DNA of 49,805 bases from an uncultured archaeon. GTDB taxonomy: Archaea > Iainarchaeota > Iainarchaeia > JAADDC01. Under the pieces are notes generated by a model. The model was given only the letters and a program-made list of their open reading frames with translations, was not told the origin of the DNA and searched no databases. Below, piece after piece: positions 33,698 to 45,190 of the stretch (positions within the stretch are counted from its first letter, which is position 1; every line of letters starts with the position of its first letter). The position numbers and the translations under genes are program-made. The DNA lies in the NCBI GenBank assembly GCA_964451455.1, contig CAYVHT010000002.1:1-49805 (forward strand), given 5' to 3'.

Positions 33698-34477
33698 CTT
33701 CTCCCTCGGAACGCCCTTTCCGTAAGCCACTGCTTCAATATACCCCTTGCGTATGAGTGTCTTTATCGTGTCTGCTGTGAGATTATGGGCCAGATAGAAT
33801 GGAACGTGGTATGCGGGGACCTTTTTTTTCCTAAGTATTATTGGTATGAACTCGTTCGCGTAGTATGAGAGCCCAATTGTGAGGTATGGCTTGAACTTTA
33901 CTTGTTTGCCCAGCGCAGCTACTAGTGTGAGGGCGGCAAGGTCGTAGCTTACTGTTCCACGAACCTCGTAGGAGATGTATGGAATCGTGGCGTCCACGGG
34001 GAAATCATGGGTTGCCTCTATATGTATCTTTGGTTCTACGCCAAGTTCTTCCGCAAAGCTGTGCGCTGCTCGGACCATCGTTCCTATCGTTCCCGGCGAC
34101 GTTGGAGCCACGCTTCTTGGGGCATAGTTTGCTGCCAAGACGTCCTTTCCCGTCAGGTTTCCAGCACTGTGTACGAAGATCCCTTCTCTCATGTCTGCGA
34201 GGTGTGGATTTATCGAAACGATGACGTCTGGCGTGCCTATTGCTTCTTTTATCTGATTCTCCATTTCTTCCACGTGGAGCTCGTAGGACTGGCGAAGGGG
34301 TATGAAATATATGCTGGCATGCGGTGTTTCGTATCGATCCACTGTTCCAAGCCCTCTGATTTCCACGCTTTCCGTTCCGAAGAGTTCTCTGATTGATTCA
34401 ATCAGCGGTTCGGCGATCTTTCCTGGGCGGTACACCACAGCAGATATCACGGGAAGCACACCCCACAGAGCGAGCAT
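33686..34477 (-). CDS. dtdA: D-aminoacyl-tRNA deacylase DtdA (DTD2)-like protein
   Basis: The pattern FVHSAGNLTG ... IEATHDFP ... IGLSYYA ... YHVPFY parallels archaeal DTD2 motifs (H.TGN, EATHHGP, GGGHYA, GHILPKY), but with substitutions. Confidence 0.5.
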   Translation of the reverse strand: MLALWGVLPVISAVVYRPGKIAEPLIESIRELFGTESVEIRGLGTVDRYETPHASIYFIPLRQSYELHVEEMENQIKEAIGTPDVIVSINPHLADMREGIFVHSAGNLTGKDVLAANYAPRSVAPTSPGTIGTMVRAAHSFAEELGVEPKIHIEATHDFPVDATIPYISYEVRGTVSYDLAALTLVAALGKQVKFKPYLTIGLSYYANEFIPIILRKKKVPAYHVPFYLAHNLTADTIKTLIRKGYIEAVAYGKGVPREKLPF

Positions 34478-35958
34478 CTTTCATGGCAGGGAGGAGTGTA
34501 TTCGCCTGTCTGGATTTTCTCCCACTCTTTGTGCAGGAACTCGTCCGTAACTCCAGTGTCTATCAGCTCTCTCCAAGGTGTCTCTCGTCCTTCCTGTAGA
34601 TACTTTGAAATGTCTATTTCCAGCTTCTTTGCAGCGTTCATCCAGTGGGCGTAGTTGAGATCTCTATATGCATGGAGAAGAAGCTCCCCGATCTTTTCAT
34701 CACCAACGGAGATAAGCGTTTGTATGAGTGCGCGCTTGGGATTCATCGTGTTTGCTTTAACCCTCTTTTCTAACAGCTTGTTTGCCTGTTTTACGTATTC
34801 TATGCCTGCAAATGCGGCCCATTGCATTGGCGTGTGCGGTTTTGGTATCATCGGGTTTGCGGATATACGTACTTGCACTCCTGCTTTCTTGACCGCATCT
34901 GCTAGCCTCACGATTTCCAGCACGTCTTCCTCTGCTTCTCCGGGTACACCGAACATGACGTACAGTTTCATGGATCTGAATCCCTTTTTCCTCGCTCGTT
35001 TTGCCAAGTCTATGATTCCTTCATTCGGGATCGGTTTGTTGATCCGTGACTTTAGCCGCGCGCTTGCTACCTCGGGCGCGACGGTTATGCTCCGCAGCCC
35101 CCCTCCGCGCAAGACTTCCAGCATTTCGTCGTTCAGTCTGTCGTATCGCATTGACGATAGCGAGAAGGGTATTTTCAGATCCCCGAGCACTTCGAGTGTC
35201 TTTTGTATGTGTGGGTGGCCGAGTATGTCCGATGCGAAGAAATACACCTTTTCTCCGTTGTTTTCCAGCCCCTCTGTTATCCATTCCAATATCTGCGATA
35301 GTTTTCTATCTCGTCTTGGCCGCTTCGTCCATCCAATCAGGCAAAAGCGACAACCGAAGTTGCAGCCCCGCGATGGTTCTACGTAGATTGCTTTTCGCCC
35401 ATAGGCACTCTTTTCTACCACCATCGCAGGTGGTCTGTAGCTCAAATCGTGGCGTGCAAACCTCGCCCTGTTTTTGACCCACGTGTTGAGGACGTTTTCA
35501 TGGGTCCATTCCTTTTTCTGCTCCAGCATGCCACGGACTGCATCCGCTATGTGGTCCTCTCCGTCCCCCACGGATACGGCGTCTGCTATGTTTATCAATG
35601 GGAGTGGGTTCCACGTCGCTGGCCCCCCTACGATCATCGGTTGTTCTCTCTCTGCCTTCCGCAAAGATATTCTCTGTGTGGCCAAATACCTAAGCAAGTG
35701 TGGGATCTGCAGGTCAAAGTGGATAGATGCCACAATTACGTCGTAGCTGCGAATTGGAGTGCCCTCCTCCAGAGAGAACGGAGAATCTAGCACGAATCTA
35801 TGTGCTACGATATCCTCTGCTTCGTTTAGCCTGCTGAATATTGTCATATATCCGAGGGATGCCATCGCTTCCTCGTAGCTTCCCGGGTACACATGTGCGA
35901 CTCGGATCGCCCCTGTTTTCGCCTCTGTTTCAGGAAGCCCCCACTCCTTTCTTTGCAC
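34447..35958 (-). CDS. radical SAM protein with N-terminal B12-binding-like domain
   Basis: SRGCNFGCRFCLIGW (CX3CX2C), 503 aa, N-terminal Rossmann-like region. Specific function not assignable. Confidence 0.75.
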   Translation of the reverse strand: MQRKEWGLPETEAKTGAIRVAHVYPGSYEEAMASLGYMTIFSRLNEAEDIVAHRFVLDSPFSLEEGTPIRSYDVIVASIHFDLQIPHLLRYLATQRISLRKAEREQPMIVGGPATWNPLPLINIADAVSVGDGEDHIADAVRGMLEQKKEWTHENVLNTWVKNRARFARHDLSYRPPAMVVEKSAYGRKAIYVEPSRGCNFGCRFCLIGWTKRPRRDRKLSQILEWITEGLENNGEKVYFFASDILGHPHIQKTLEVLGDLKIPFSLSSMRYDRLNDEMLEVLRGGGLRSITVAPEVASARLKSRINKPIPNEGIIDLAKRARKKGFRSMKLYVMFGVPGEAEEDVLEIVRLADAVKKAGVQVRISANPMIPKPHTPMQWAAFAGIEYVKQANKLLEKRVKANTMNPKRALIQTLISVGDEKIGELLLHAYRDLNYAHWMNAAKKLEIDISKYLQEGRETPWRELIDTGVTDEFLHKEWEKIQTGEYTPPCHERCSLCGVCFP

Positions 35959-36047
35959 GAGAATATTATGTTGCTACCGTTTAAACTCCTGCCAGCTTGT
36001 TGGTTTTTAAACGCTCCGCCACTTTATTGAGAATGCTGCTTGTTTGG

Positions 36048-36120
36048 GCGCCGGTAGTCTAGCCTGGTAGGACGTCGCCCTGCCACGGCGACGACCCGGG
36101 TTCGAATCCCGGCCGGCGCA
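36048..36120 (+). tRNA. tRNA-Gly(GCC): tRNA-Gly (anticodon GCC), no intron, CCA not encoded
   Basis: Acceptor GCGCCGG/CCGGCGC, D-arm GTCT-AGCCTGGTA-GGAC, anticodon arm TCGCC-CTGCCAC-GGCGA, T-arm CCGGG-TTCGAAT-CCCGG, discriminator A. Confidence 0.9.
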
Positions 36121-36356
36121 TAGCCGCAAAATCGGCTAGCGCTTCGCACCGACTGCGTCGGGCGCACCGGGATGTAATCCCGGAGCCGCGAGGCCGGCTG
36201 CTCCACAGCCGACCACACACTCTTCTTTGCTTCTTATGCGTTTTTATAGTGGCCGATAGCAGGGTGCTGAAAGCACCCTCTGTCACGTTAGCCAGGATGG
36301 CGGCTGACCGCCATATCGGTTAACGCTGGCGCGCGGCCGGCCTTGCGGCCGACTAC
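36121..36356. ncRNA. GC-rich, hairpin-dense non-coding block (one or two unidentified structured RNAs)
   Basis: Perfect or near-perfect hairpins at 36121-36138, 36149-36161, 36167-36183, 36192-36214, 36261-36279 and 36297-36314. Possible closing helix 36247-36255 / 36346-36355. No credible ORF. Strand and family undetermined. Confidence 0.4.
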
Positions 36357-36393
36357 ATAATTCTACCTGTTCTTGTAGCTTGTTCAGAGCGGA

Positions 36394-37197
36394 TTATTTC
36401 TTGCCATCTTTATTGGCGTTGTCCGCCTCGTCCAGTGTGTTTGCCATCTTCATCATGAGATCTGCTAGCTTTGCTATCCTTTCTGGATCGGCAAAGGAGA
36501 TAATGATCTTTGGCGTTCTCGTGCTCCACGGGGGGCGCGTGAGTGCATCCATTTCCTTCAAGAGTTTCACGTACGCATCGGCTAGCTTCGGTTTTTCATA
36601 GAACGAGAAGTATTTTCCCGCAGCTCGTAATGGGACGCCTTGTTTTCTTGCCCCTTTATACTGCTCGTAGAATTCGCGTATGTCCTTTGGTTTTAGGAAC
36701 CATAGTGCTTTCCATCCGATGAATCTGCGCCATTTGGTCTTTATTTCGTTGTTGCTTAGCAGATCCACGTTTTTGGCAAGCGACTTGGAATTCTTTTTTA
36801 CGTCCTTTAGTGTGCCCAGAATGCCCCTTGCTAGGCGCGGGTTGCGTTTAGCACGCAGGATCATGTCCATTGCAAGCTCTTTTTGTTCTTTATCGAGCTT
36901 TAGCTGCGCCATCTTCTGTTCAATTGCCATGATGCTTTTGAGCTGTTCATGCATCTCTGTCAGGCGTTTTTCTACCTCGCTAGCTGGCCTATCGTATATT
37001 TCTGCAGGAATCACTGCGCCAGGGTGTGATTTCTCAAACTCTTTGATTTTTGCCAGTTTTGCCTCAGCATCCTTGCTACCGACCTTGCTTGCGAGAACTA
37101 GTTTTGTTTTCTTTAGTTTTCCCCTCGTCGCTTCTTTCCACAGGCCGAGGCTGTATCGGAGGCCGTGGTACTTTTCCCACATCTTTTCCAGGACCAC
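36394..37197 (-). CDS. Lys-rich, coiled-coil-like hypothetical protein (267 aa)
   Basis: ORF track. No motif recognised. Confidence 0.55.
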   Translation of the reverse strand: MVLEKMWEKYHGLRYSLGLWKEATRGKLKKTKLVLASKVGSKDAEAKLAKIKEFEKSHPGAVIPAEIYDRPASEVEKRLTEMHEQLKSIMAIEQKMAQLKLDKEQKELAMDMILRAKRNPRLARGILGTLKDVKKNSKSLAKNVDLLSNNEIKTKWRRFIGWKALWFLKPKDIREFYEQYKGARKQGVPLRAAGKYFSFYEKPKLADAYVKLLKEMDALTRPPWSTRTPKIIISFADPERIAKLADLMMKMANTLDEADNANKDGKK

Positions 37198-37231
37198 GAT
37201 AGTATTTTGTTGCGGTGGTTAAAATGTGTTT

Positions 37232-37470
37232 GGGCAGCGACCCGTAGGCCGCCTTCTGTTCTTGGTGGCATTGGACTGAGCGGCAACGCCTTGCACCCGT
37301 CCGGAGGCCGTTTCACCTTCCCCCGCTTCTCAGCTCTCTTACGGTCATCCGCTCCACGGGGAAAGTGTCGTTTCTGCTCCTCCGGCGCTCCTCTCGGAGC
37401 GGGGGTGTTCCCCTTTGTGCTGTGGGTGGGCGGACCTTCCTCCCTCTGGGGGGCCACCCGGTCGCTACCC
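37232..37470 (-). ncRNA. rnpB: RNase P RNA (about 239 nt, compact form)
   Basis: Minus-strand reading shows GGGAGGAAGGTCCGCCC (CR-I, compare GAGGAAAGUCC), GTAAGAG, GGTGAAACGG, GCAAGGC and AACAGAAGGCGGCCTA (CR-V, compare ACAGAAnnCGGCUUA). Terminal P1 pairing is GGGTAGCGACC / GGTCGCTGCCC. TATA-like TTTATACATAA lies about 25 nt upstream. Confidence 0.85.
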
Positions 37471-37496
37471 GTATAATTTGGGAGATTATGTATAAA

Positions 37497-38129
37497 TTAC
37501 TTCTTCCTCGTGGGCACGTATATATTCACTCCGTAGCGTTTGCCGTTTATTTCGATGCCCACCGCTTTTTTGTGGAAAAGCCTGTGCATCTTTGAGTATC
37601 TATCTGTTTGGATGCCCAGAACCCGTATCTTGTGTCGCGGCATCTCGTTAAGGTTTATGATTGCGTCGAATTCAATACCTATTCTCTTTGCGATGTTTTC
37701 GTATGCATTTTGCGTCTCTCCTTTGTTCCGCACGGCGTCCACGTAGATGATCTGTGCTCCATTAGCCTTAGCCCCCTTTATCTCCTTCAGCAGCTGCCGG
37801 TTCATTAGTGCAAGCCCCACGTCCACTCTTGCTCCCGGTTCAACGCTGCGTAGACTTGCAGGGATACGCACGATCGGGATCCTGTGAAACTTGTGCGTGT
37901 TCCTGAGCAGCGCCATTAGTTCGTGCGCGGCAAGGTCTCCCGAGCGCCCGGGTCCCACTAGTATTATCGGCCGTTCTGGGTCCAGCATTTTTCCTACTGT
38001 TTCCTTCACGTCTTTTTCTGCTCTTCTGGTTAGCTGCATAAGGAACTCCGCGTTCTTTTTTCCAACGTGCTTGGACAGTATTTTTCTCAACCGCGAGTAT
38101 CTTTGCTCAGAGTAGGTCAGTTTCATCAT
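37497..38129 (-). CDS. hypothetical protein, weakly phosphoribosyltransferase-like
   Basis: ORF track. AQIIYVDAVRNKGET resembles a PRPP-binding loop. The assignment is weak. Confidence 0.5.
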   Translation of the reverse strand: MMKLTYSEQRYSRLRKILSKHVGKKNAEFLMQLTRRAEKDVKETVGKMLDPERPIILVGPGRSGDLAAHELMALLRNTHKFHRIPIVRIPASLRSVEPGARVDVGLALMNRQLLKEIKGAKANGAQIIYVDAVRNKGETQNAYENIAKRIGIEFDAIINLNEMPRHKIRVLGIQTDRYSKMHRLFHKKAVGIEINGKRYGVNIYVPTRKK

Positions 38130-38215
38130 CTACGCCACCTTCAGTGTGGTGCGTGCTCATCATCGCGAGATGATCTGGTGCTTGGTTTTTATTAAGCGGG
38201 CCCATATCTAATTTC

Positions 38216-38767
38216 ATGCGCAGAGCCCTCTTGATTCTTCTTATGGCCGCGTTGTTGGCCAATTTTTCTGAGGGCATATATACTCCACTGTATGCTGCCT
38301 ACGTTGAGCACGTGGGTGGCGGATTGTCCGATGCTGGGGTGAGCTGGTCCCTGAACCTCATAGCCTACGGTGTGCTTGCTATTGTTTTCTCGCGCCTCGG
38401 TATTCGCCAGAAATACCGTGTGGGGCTGCTAGCATTTGGTTACGGGCTTGCAGCTCTTGCTACTGCCCTTTTTGCATTCATACACACGCCCGCTCTGCTT
38501 TACGTTGCTCAGATAATCCGCGGCGCGTCGTTGGCTATTCTTGCGCCCGTGTGGGATGCATTTTACTCACTCTTTGTGGATAAGCGCCGTGCTACGGAGG
38601 AATGGGGCTACTATGAAGGCGGTTGGTCTATTGCAATGGGCTTGGGTTCTGCTCTCGGGGGTTTGATCATCGGAGCTACCTCTTTTGCGTTCTTGTTCCT
38701 TCTCTCAGCCATCTTGACTGCTCTGGCCGCGGTCCTCGTTCTCGTGTACCGTGATGAGTTCTATTAG
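38216..38767 (+). CDS. six-TM membrane protein (half-size MFS-like)
   Basis: ORF track. Hydrophobic helices throughout. No signature motif verified. Confidence 0.5.
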   Translation: MRRALLILLMAALLANFSEGIYTPLYAAYVEHVGGGLSDAGVSWSLNLIAYGVLAIVFSRLGIRQKYRVGLLAFGYGLAALATALFAFIHTPALLYVAQIIRGASLAILAPVWDAFYSLFVDKRRATEEWGYYEGGWSIAMGLGSALGGLIIGATSFAFLFLLSAILTALAAVLVLVYRDEFY

Positions 38768-39534
38768 ATCTTTGTGGCGAGGTACACTATTGCATGCGCA
38801 TCTTTTCTCGGACTGCGGAATTCGTAGCGCCCGAACATCTTCAGCAGTTGGAACCCATTTTTTTCCAACAGTGCCGCTATTTCCTCTGGAGTGTACATGT
38901 GTAGATCTACGTTATTCTCCCTCAGTTTTACCAGTTTGTCACCCTCGTCGCGGTAAAGCTTGATGTGGATGTGTCTCACGTTGTCTTCCGATTCTTCTTC
39001 CATTATCTCCACGATGTTGTTATCGTACCTCGCGAATCCACTGAATGGATCTTTGTGCGGCGTTGCGAGATCCATTATGAGCAGTCCGCCTGGCCTTACG
39101 TGCTCGCTCCATATCTGCAATGTTCTTTCGTTCTCCTCCTCGCTGAGGTAGCCGAAGGATGTGAACCAGTTCAGTATGATATCGTATTTCTTGGCTGAGT
39201 ACGCTTCGGGATCTGCCATGTTTCCTATCCAGCAGTTCCTTCCGTTTTCTCTAGCCTCTGCCACCATTTCCTCGGAACGATCAAGGCCCTCCACTTCGTA
39301 GCCCAGCTTCTTTAGCCATGGATGTAGGCGTCCGTTTCCACAAGGAACGTCCAAGATTGTCTTGTACTCTTGGTTCGTCTGGAAGCGCACCCACGTAATT
39401 AGTCCGTGGATGTACGCCGCGTCCAGCGCTGCCCGATTCTCTGCATGTGTCACGTGCCAGGCGTATTTGTCCAGGCTGCCTTTGTGATCGTGCATATCAA
39501 TAACTGATTTTTCCGAAATATAATTGCCGCGCAT
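38764..39534 (-). CDS. class I SAM-dependent methyltransferase
   Basis: Motif I ILDVPCGNGRL, then EVEGLDRSEEMV. ATG 39534 has ATTTTTAG-type AT-rich box about 30 nt upstream. The track start 39603 lies only 11 nt (39604-39614) from the 23S processing-stem arm. Confidence 0.8.
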   Translation of the reverse strand: MRGNYISEKSVIDMHDHKGSLDKYAWHVTHAENRAALDAAYIHGLITWVRFQTNQEYKTILDVPCGNGRLHPWLKKLGYEVEGLDRSEEMVAEARENGRNCWIGNMADPEAYSAKKYDIILNWFTSFGYLSEEENERTLQIWSEHVRPGGLLIMDLATPHKDPFSGFARYDNNIVEIMEEESEDNVRHIHIKLYRDEGDKLVKLRENNVDLHMYTPEEIAALLEKNGFQLLKMFGRYEFRSPRKDAHAIVYLATKI

Positions 39535-39614
39535 AGGGAGCCTACCGGCTAGTTCTGCTAAAAATCGAAAATTCGGAGAAAGGCAGACAGCAACGCCGCG
39601 CATAGGGATAGGTC

Positions 39615-39624
39615 TGGACCGGAA

Positions 39625-39630
<6 letters not shown>
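39615..39630 (-). other. 3' arm of the 23S processing stem
   Basis: TGGACCGGAAACGCAG (plus) is the perfect reverse complement of 42605-42620. Confidence 0.8.
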
Positions 39631-42604
<2,974 letters not shown>

Positions 42605-42610
<6 letters not shown>

Positions 42611-42620
42611 TTCCGGTCCA
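42605..42620 (-). other. 5' arm of the 23S processing stem
   Basis: CTGCGTTTCCGGTCCA (plus). Forms a 16-bp perfect helix with 39615-39630, enclosing about 2974 nt. Confidence 0.8.
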
Positions 42621-42781
42621 TTTGACCCCCTATGCGCGGCGTCATCCTGCCGTCTGCCCTTCCCCCGCGACGAGTGTCACGAGGTGCATCTTTGTGAGTG
42701 TGATACCCACCACGTGCCGAAGGGTTAAAATTCGTAACCGCGTCACCCCTCGGCTCCGGTAGTATGTGGGTATCATAGCGC

Positions 42782-42789
42782 TTTTAAAA
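42782..42789. promoter_or_regulatory. candidate TATA element (TTTTAAAA) upstream of the 23S leader
   Basis: Palindromic AT box about 165 nt upstream of the processing stem. An alternative AT-rich box lies at 42857-42865. It is uncertain which one is used. Confidence 0.3.
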
Positions 42790-42868
42790 CTTCCTCGGCG
42801 GTTGCCGAACTGCTTTCACCTCTCTGTTAGACTATTGCAAATATTAACGATATCATCGTATTATTTAC

Positions 42869-43558
42869 ATGACCCTTGCTGGTACTTCCATACGCATCGC
42901 TTACCGTAACAGGTCGCGCCCTCTGCAGCTATCCTACTTACTTATTTTCATTGCTCTTTTCGCGTACATGGGTGGCTACTTTCTTGCAGGACAGGCTGTG
43001 GTGCCTTACGATTTCAAGCTCTGGCCCACTGTAGCGGCTGTTTTCATTCTCTTAGTCTTTGCATATGTCTTTGCCTGGTTCGCTGACGAACTTGCGAGGG
43101 ATTTAGGCCACGAGACGTATATGAATCGCGAGGCGTTCTTCATCCGTGGTTTTAACATATTCCTGCTTTGGCTCGTCCTGGATGCTCTTGTCTTCGCTTT
43201 TTACACATTCCTTCCAGTCTGGCTCGCGTCGATTTTAGCCTTCATCCTTAGTATTCTCGCGGTCTATGCCTCTGCAGCCATCGCTGTTGATGGTGCCAGC
43301 ATACTTGCCTCATTCTCTTACGCTTGGAACACAATCGTGAAGAATCCGTATCACGTTCTTGAATTCTTAGTCCTGTCCTTTTTCCTGCTCATATTTGTCC
43401 TTGTCTTGGACGCTTACAGCGGGTTCCTTGGTGTCTTTCTATCTGTTCTCATTATAAACTACGTAGTTCTGCCCTGGCTTATGGCCCACGCAATTCTCAC
43501 GTATCTCTACAAGTATCCTATCGTTGTTTCATCACTCCTCAAGTTTGAACGGTCGTAG
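42869..43558 (+). CDS. polytopic membrane protein (229 aa), function unknown
   Basis: ORF track. AATATTAAC box about 24 nt upstream of the ATG. Five or six TM helices. Confidence 0.6.
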   Translation: MTLAGTSIRIAYRNRSRPLQLSYLLIFIALFAYMGGYFLAGQAVVPYDFKLWPTVAAVFILLVFAYVFAWFADELARDLGHETYMNREAFFIRGFNIFLLWLVLDALVFAFYTFLPVWLASILAFILSILAVYASAAIAVDGASILASFSYAWNTIVKNPYHVLEFLVLSFFLLIFVLVLDAYSGFLGVFLSVLIINYVVLPWLMAHAILTYLYKYPIVVSSLLKFERS

Positions 43559-44650
43559 CGGGGCCAGAATTTCCCTTATTTTATCTTCATCCACCATTAG
43601 CGCGCTCTCTGCCTTCTTCACTCCCTTCACGATAATTGGATACTCTCCCTTCTTCACGTAGCGGTTCTTAAACTCAATGTACTTTTCTACACCGTTTTGT
43701 ATAGTTCCAATAATGCTCTTTGTGGCGTTTATGCTCTCTTTACTTTCTGCTATTTGCCCAATGTCGATTTCTATGACGTCTCCCACGACCTTCGCGTCAT
43801 ATGGGCCGAATGAGTATATGGGTACATCGCTGTGCGCAATACCCCTCGCGTCGTAGTCCTCATTGGTCCATAGAATTACGTTCTCTCTAATCGCTTCTAT
43901 GATCTCTTGGCCAGCTGGGGATTTATAGACGTTTTTTGGCACGTGGATGGAGGGTGTGTCTACGTAATCACTAGATGCTAGGAACTTTATGAGGCTCTTA
44001 ATCCATGCCCGTACGCTGGGGGTTCTGTATATGAAAGCACGGGCATACGCCTTGTTTGGGCGTGTCATCCCCCTTATTTTCCAGGATCCGTCCAAGTATA
44101 GCTCTGCGGCTTCTCTGGGAAGCACCTCGAAGAGCACGTATTGCTGAAGGATGCTGTCCAGTACTTCATTCTCTACATCTCCTTTTTCCATGGCTTTCTC
44201 CAGGTCGTAGACAGGTATACCGAGGCGCATGTACCTCGTGTATTCATCCATAAGGCCCAGTTCTATCAGCCTTCCAAGTACTAGCTCTCTTATGAGTGGC
44301 GCGGTGATTATGGATAGGTCCATGCTCTTTATCTTTTCCTCTACCTCCTTCGCTATCTTCTCAGCCATCCCGCGTCCGATCTTTGCCTCTCTGTGTAGGG
44401 ACTCCACGATGCGCTTGCGGTTGAAATGCTCCTTGCGCAGGTCGGAACGCCACACCTTTATACGCATCTCCTTGAAGAAGCGCTCTGCGAGTTGGGGATT
44501 TATCTCTTTTAGTGCTTCGTGGATTCTGTGGTCGTCAAGGTATCCCCCATCTTCCGCCGTCTTGTCCCATATGTATGCGATGTCCAGGTTCGTGGCTCCC
44601 ATTTCTCTGAGCTTTTCTGCGAGGGATAGAAATCTTTCTGGAATGGGCAT
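43532..44650 (-). CDS. ATP-cone domain-containing protein
   Basis: KVWRSDLRKEHFNRKRIVESLHREAKIGRGMAEKIAKEVEEKIKSMDLSIITAPLIRELV fits the ATP-cone pattern. ATG 44650 (track lists TTG 44668). Confidence 0.55.
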   Translation of the reverse strand: MPIPERFLSLAEKLREMGATNLDIAYIWDKTAEDGGYLDDHRIHEALKEINPQLAERFFKEMRIKVWRSDLRKEHFNRKRIVESLHREAKIGRGMAEKIAKEVEEKIKSMDLSIITAPLIRELVLGRLIELGLMDEYTRYMRLGIPVYDLEKAMEKGDVENEVLDSILQQYVLFEVLPREAAELYLDGSWKIRGMTRPNKAYARAFIYRTPSVRAWIKSLIKFLASSDYVDTPSIHVPKNVYKSPAGQEIIEAIRENVILWTNEDYDARGIAHSDVPIYSFGPYDAKVVGDVIEIDIGQIAESKESINATKSIIGTIQNGVEKYIEFKNRYVKKGEYPIIVKGVKKAESALMVDEDKIREILAPLRPFKLEE

Positions 44651-44672
44651 GTATAGATAGGAATGCAAACCG

Positions 44673-44679
44673 TATAAAT
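44673..44679. promoter_or_regulatory. single central TATA element (TATAAAT) shared by divergent ATP-cone and Lrp genes
   Basis: Centre 44676 is exactly 26 nt from ATG 44650 (minus) and from ATG 44702 (plus). Confidence 0.45.
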
Positions 44680-44701
44680 GCTTGTGGCAAAGATTCTATA
44701 T

Positions 44702-45190
44702 ATGGCAGAATCCTCCCTTGATCCCATGGACGTGAAGATTCTTCGCTTCCTTTCGGATGATGCGCGCATACCATACTCACATATCGCTCGTTCGCTCAAT
44801 ATATCGGACGTGGCTGTGAAAAAGCGCGTGGAGAAGCTCGTTCAAAGGGGAATAATAAAGGGTTTCCGTGTCTCCGTGGACTTCAGAAAAATAGGGTATA
44901 AGTACGTGGCATTTTTCGAAATCAAACCTGACCCTAGCTATGCCAACGATGTCTTCTCCAAGATTTCCCGCCTGCCGAACGTATTGGAGACGTATATGCT
45001 TGTAGGGGATTATCCCATCGTTGCAAAGGCTGTTCTTCCAACCACTGATGATATAAGGAACCTCAGCACAGTTATAGGTAGGATGGACGGTGTGTTGGAC
45101 ATGAAGACATCAATCGCCTTGGATTACGTTGAGAAGCCATTAGATATATCTCAGAAGCTCTCCCAGCGCTCCCTCGGTGGTGCGCAATGA
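44702..45190 (+). CDS. lrp: Lrp/AsnC family transcriptional regulator
   Basis: MDVKILRFLSDDARIPYSHIARSLNISDVAVKKRVEKLVQRGIIKGF plus a C-terminal RAM-like domain. ATG 44702 (track start 44678). Confidence 0.85.
   Translation: MAESSLDPMDVKILRFLSDDARIPYSHIARSLNISDVAVKKRVEKLVQRGIIKGFRVSVDFRKIGYKYVAFFEIKPDPSYANDVFSKISRLPNVLETYMLVGDYPIVAKAVLPTTDDIRNLSTVIGRMDGVLDMKTSIALDYVEKPLDISQKLSQRSLGGAQ

Noticed and set aside
36024-36286. ORFs 36024..36218(-) and 36059..36286(-)
   Set aside because: They are antisense to tRNA-Gly and run through the hairpin-rich GC block. No coding signal.
36247-36355. The three-helix RNA candidate of about 110 nt as a 5S rRNA
   Set aside because: GGCCGATAGCAGGG and ACGTTAGCC loosely resemble 5S segments. 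However, the universally conserved CCGAAC...GGAAGUUAAGC loop C/helix III region and the GUACUGG region are absent, and the helix II/III arm is only a simple hairpin.
37113-37476. ORFs 37113..37457(-) and 37165..37476(+)
   Set aside because: They overlap the RNase P RNA gene, and their products are Pro/Arg/Gly-rich.
39526-39608. 14-nt direct repeat GCCGCGCATAGGGA (69 nt apart) as a target-site duplication of a mobile element
   Set aside because: The enclosed 55 nt has no element features. It is more likely a chance or local duplication around alternative start codons of the methyltransferase.
42701-42775. 10-bp inverted repeat (TGATACCCAC / GTGGGTATCA) as a 23S leader hairpin
   Set aside because: If TTTTAAAA at 42782-42789 is the promoter, the upstream arm lies between the TATA box and the transcription start and is not transcribed. 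Left as a side note only.
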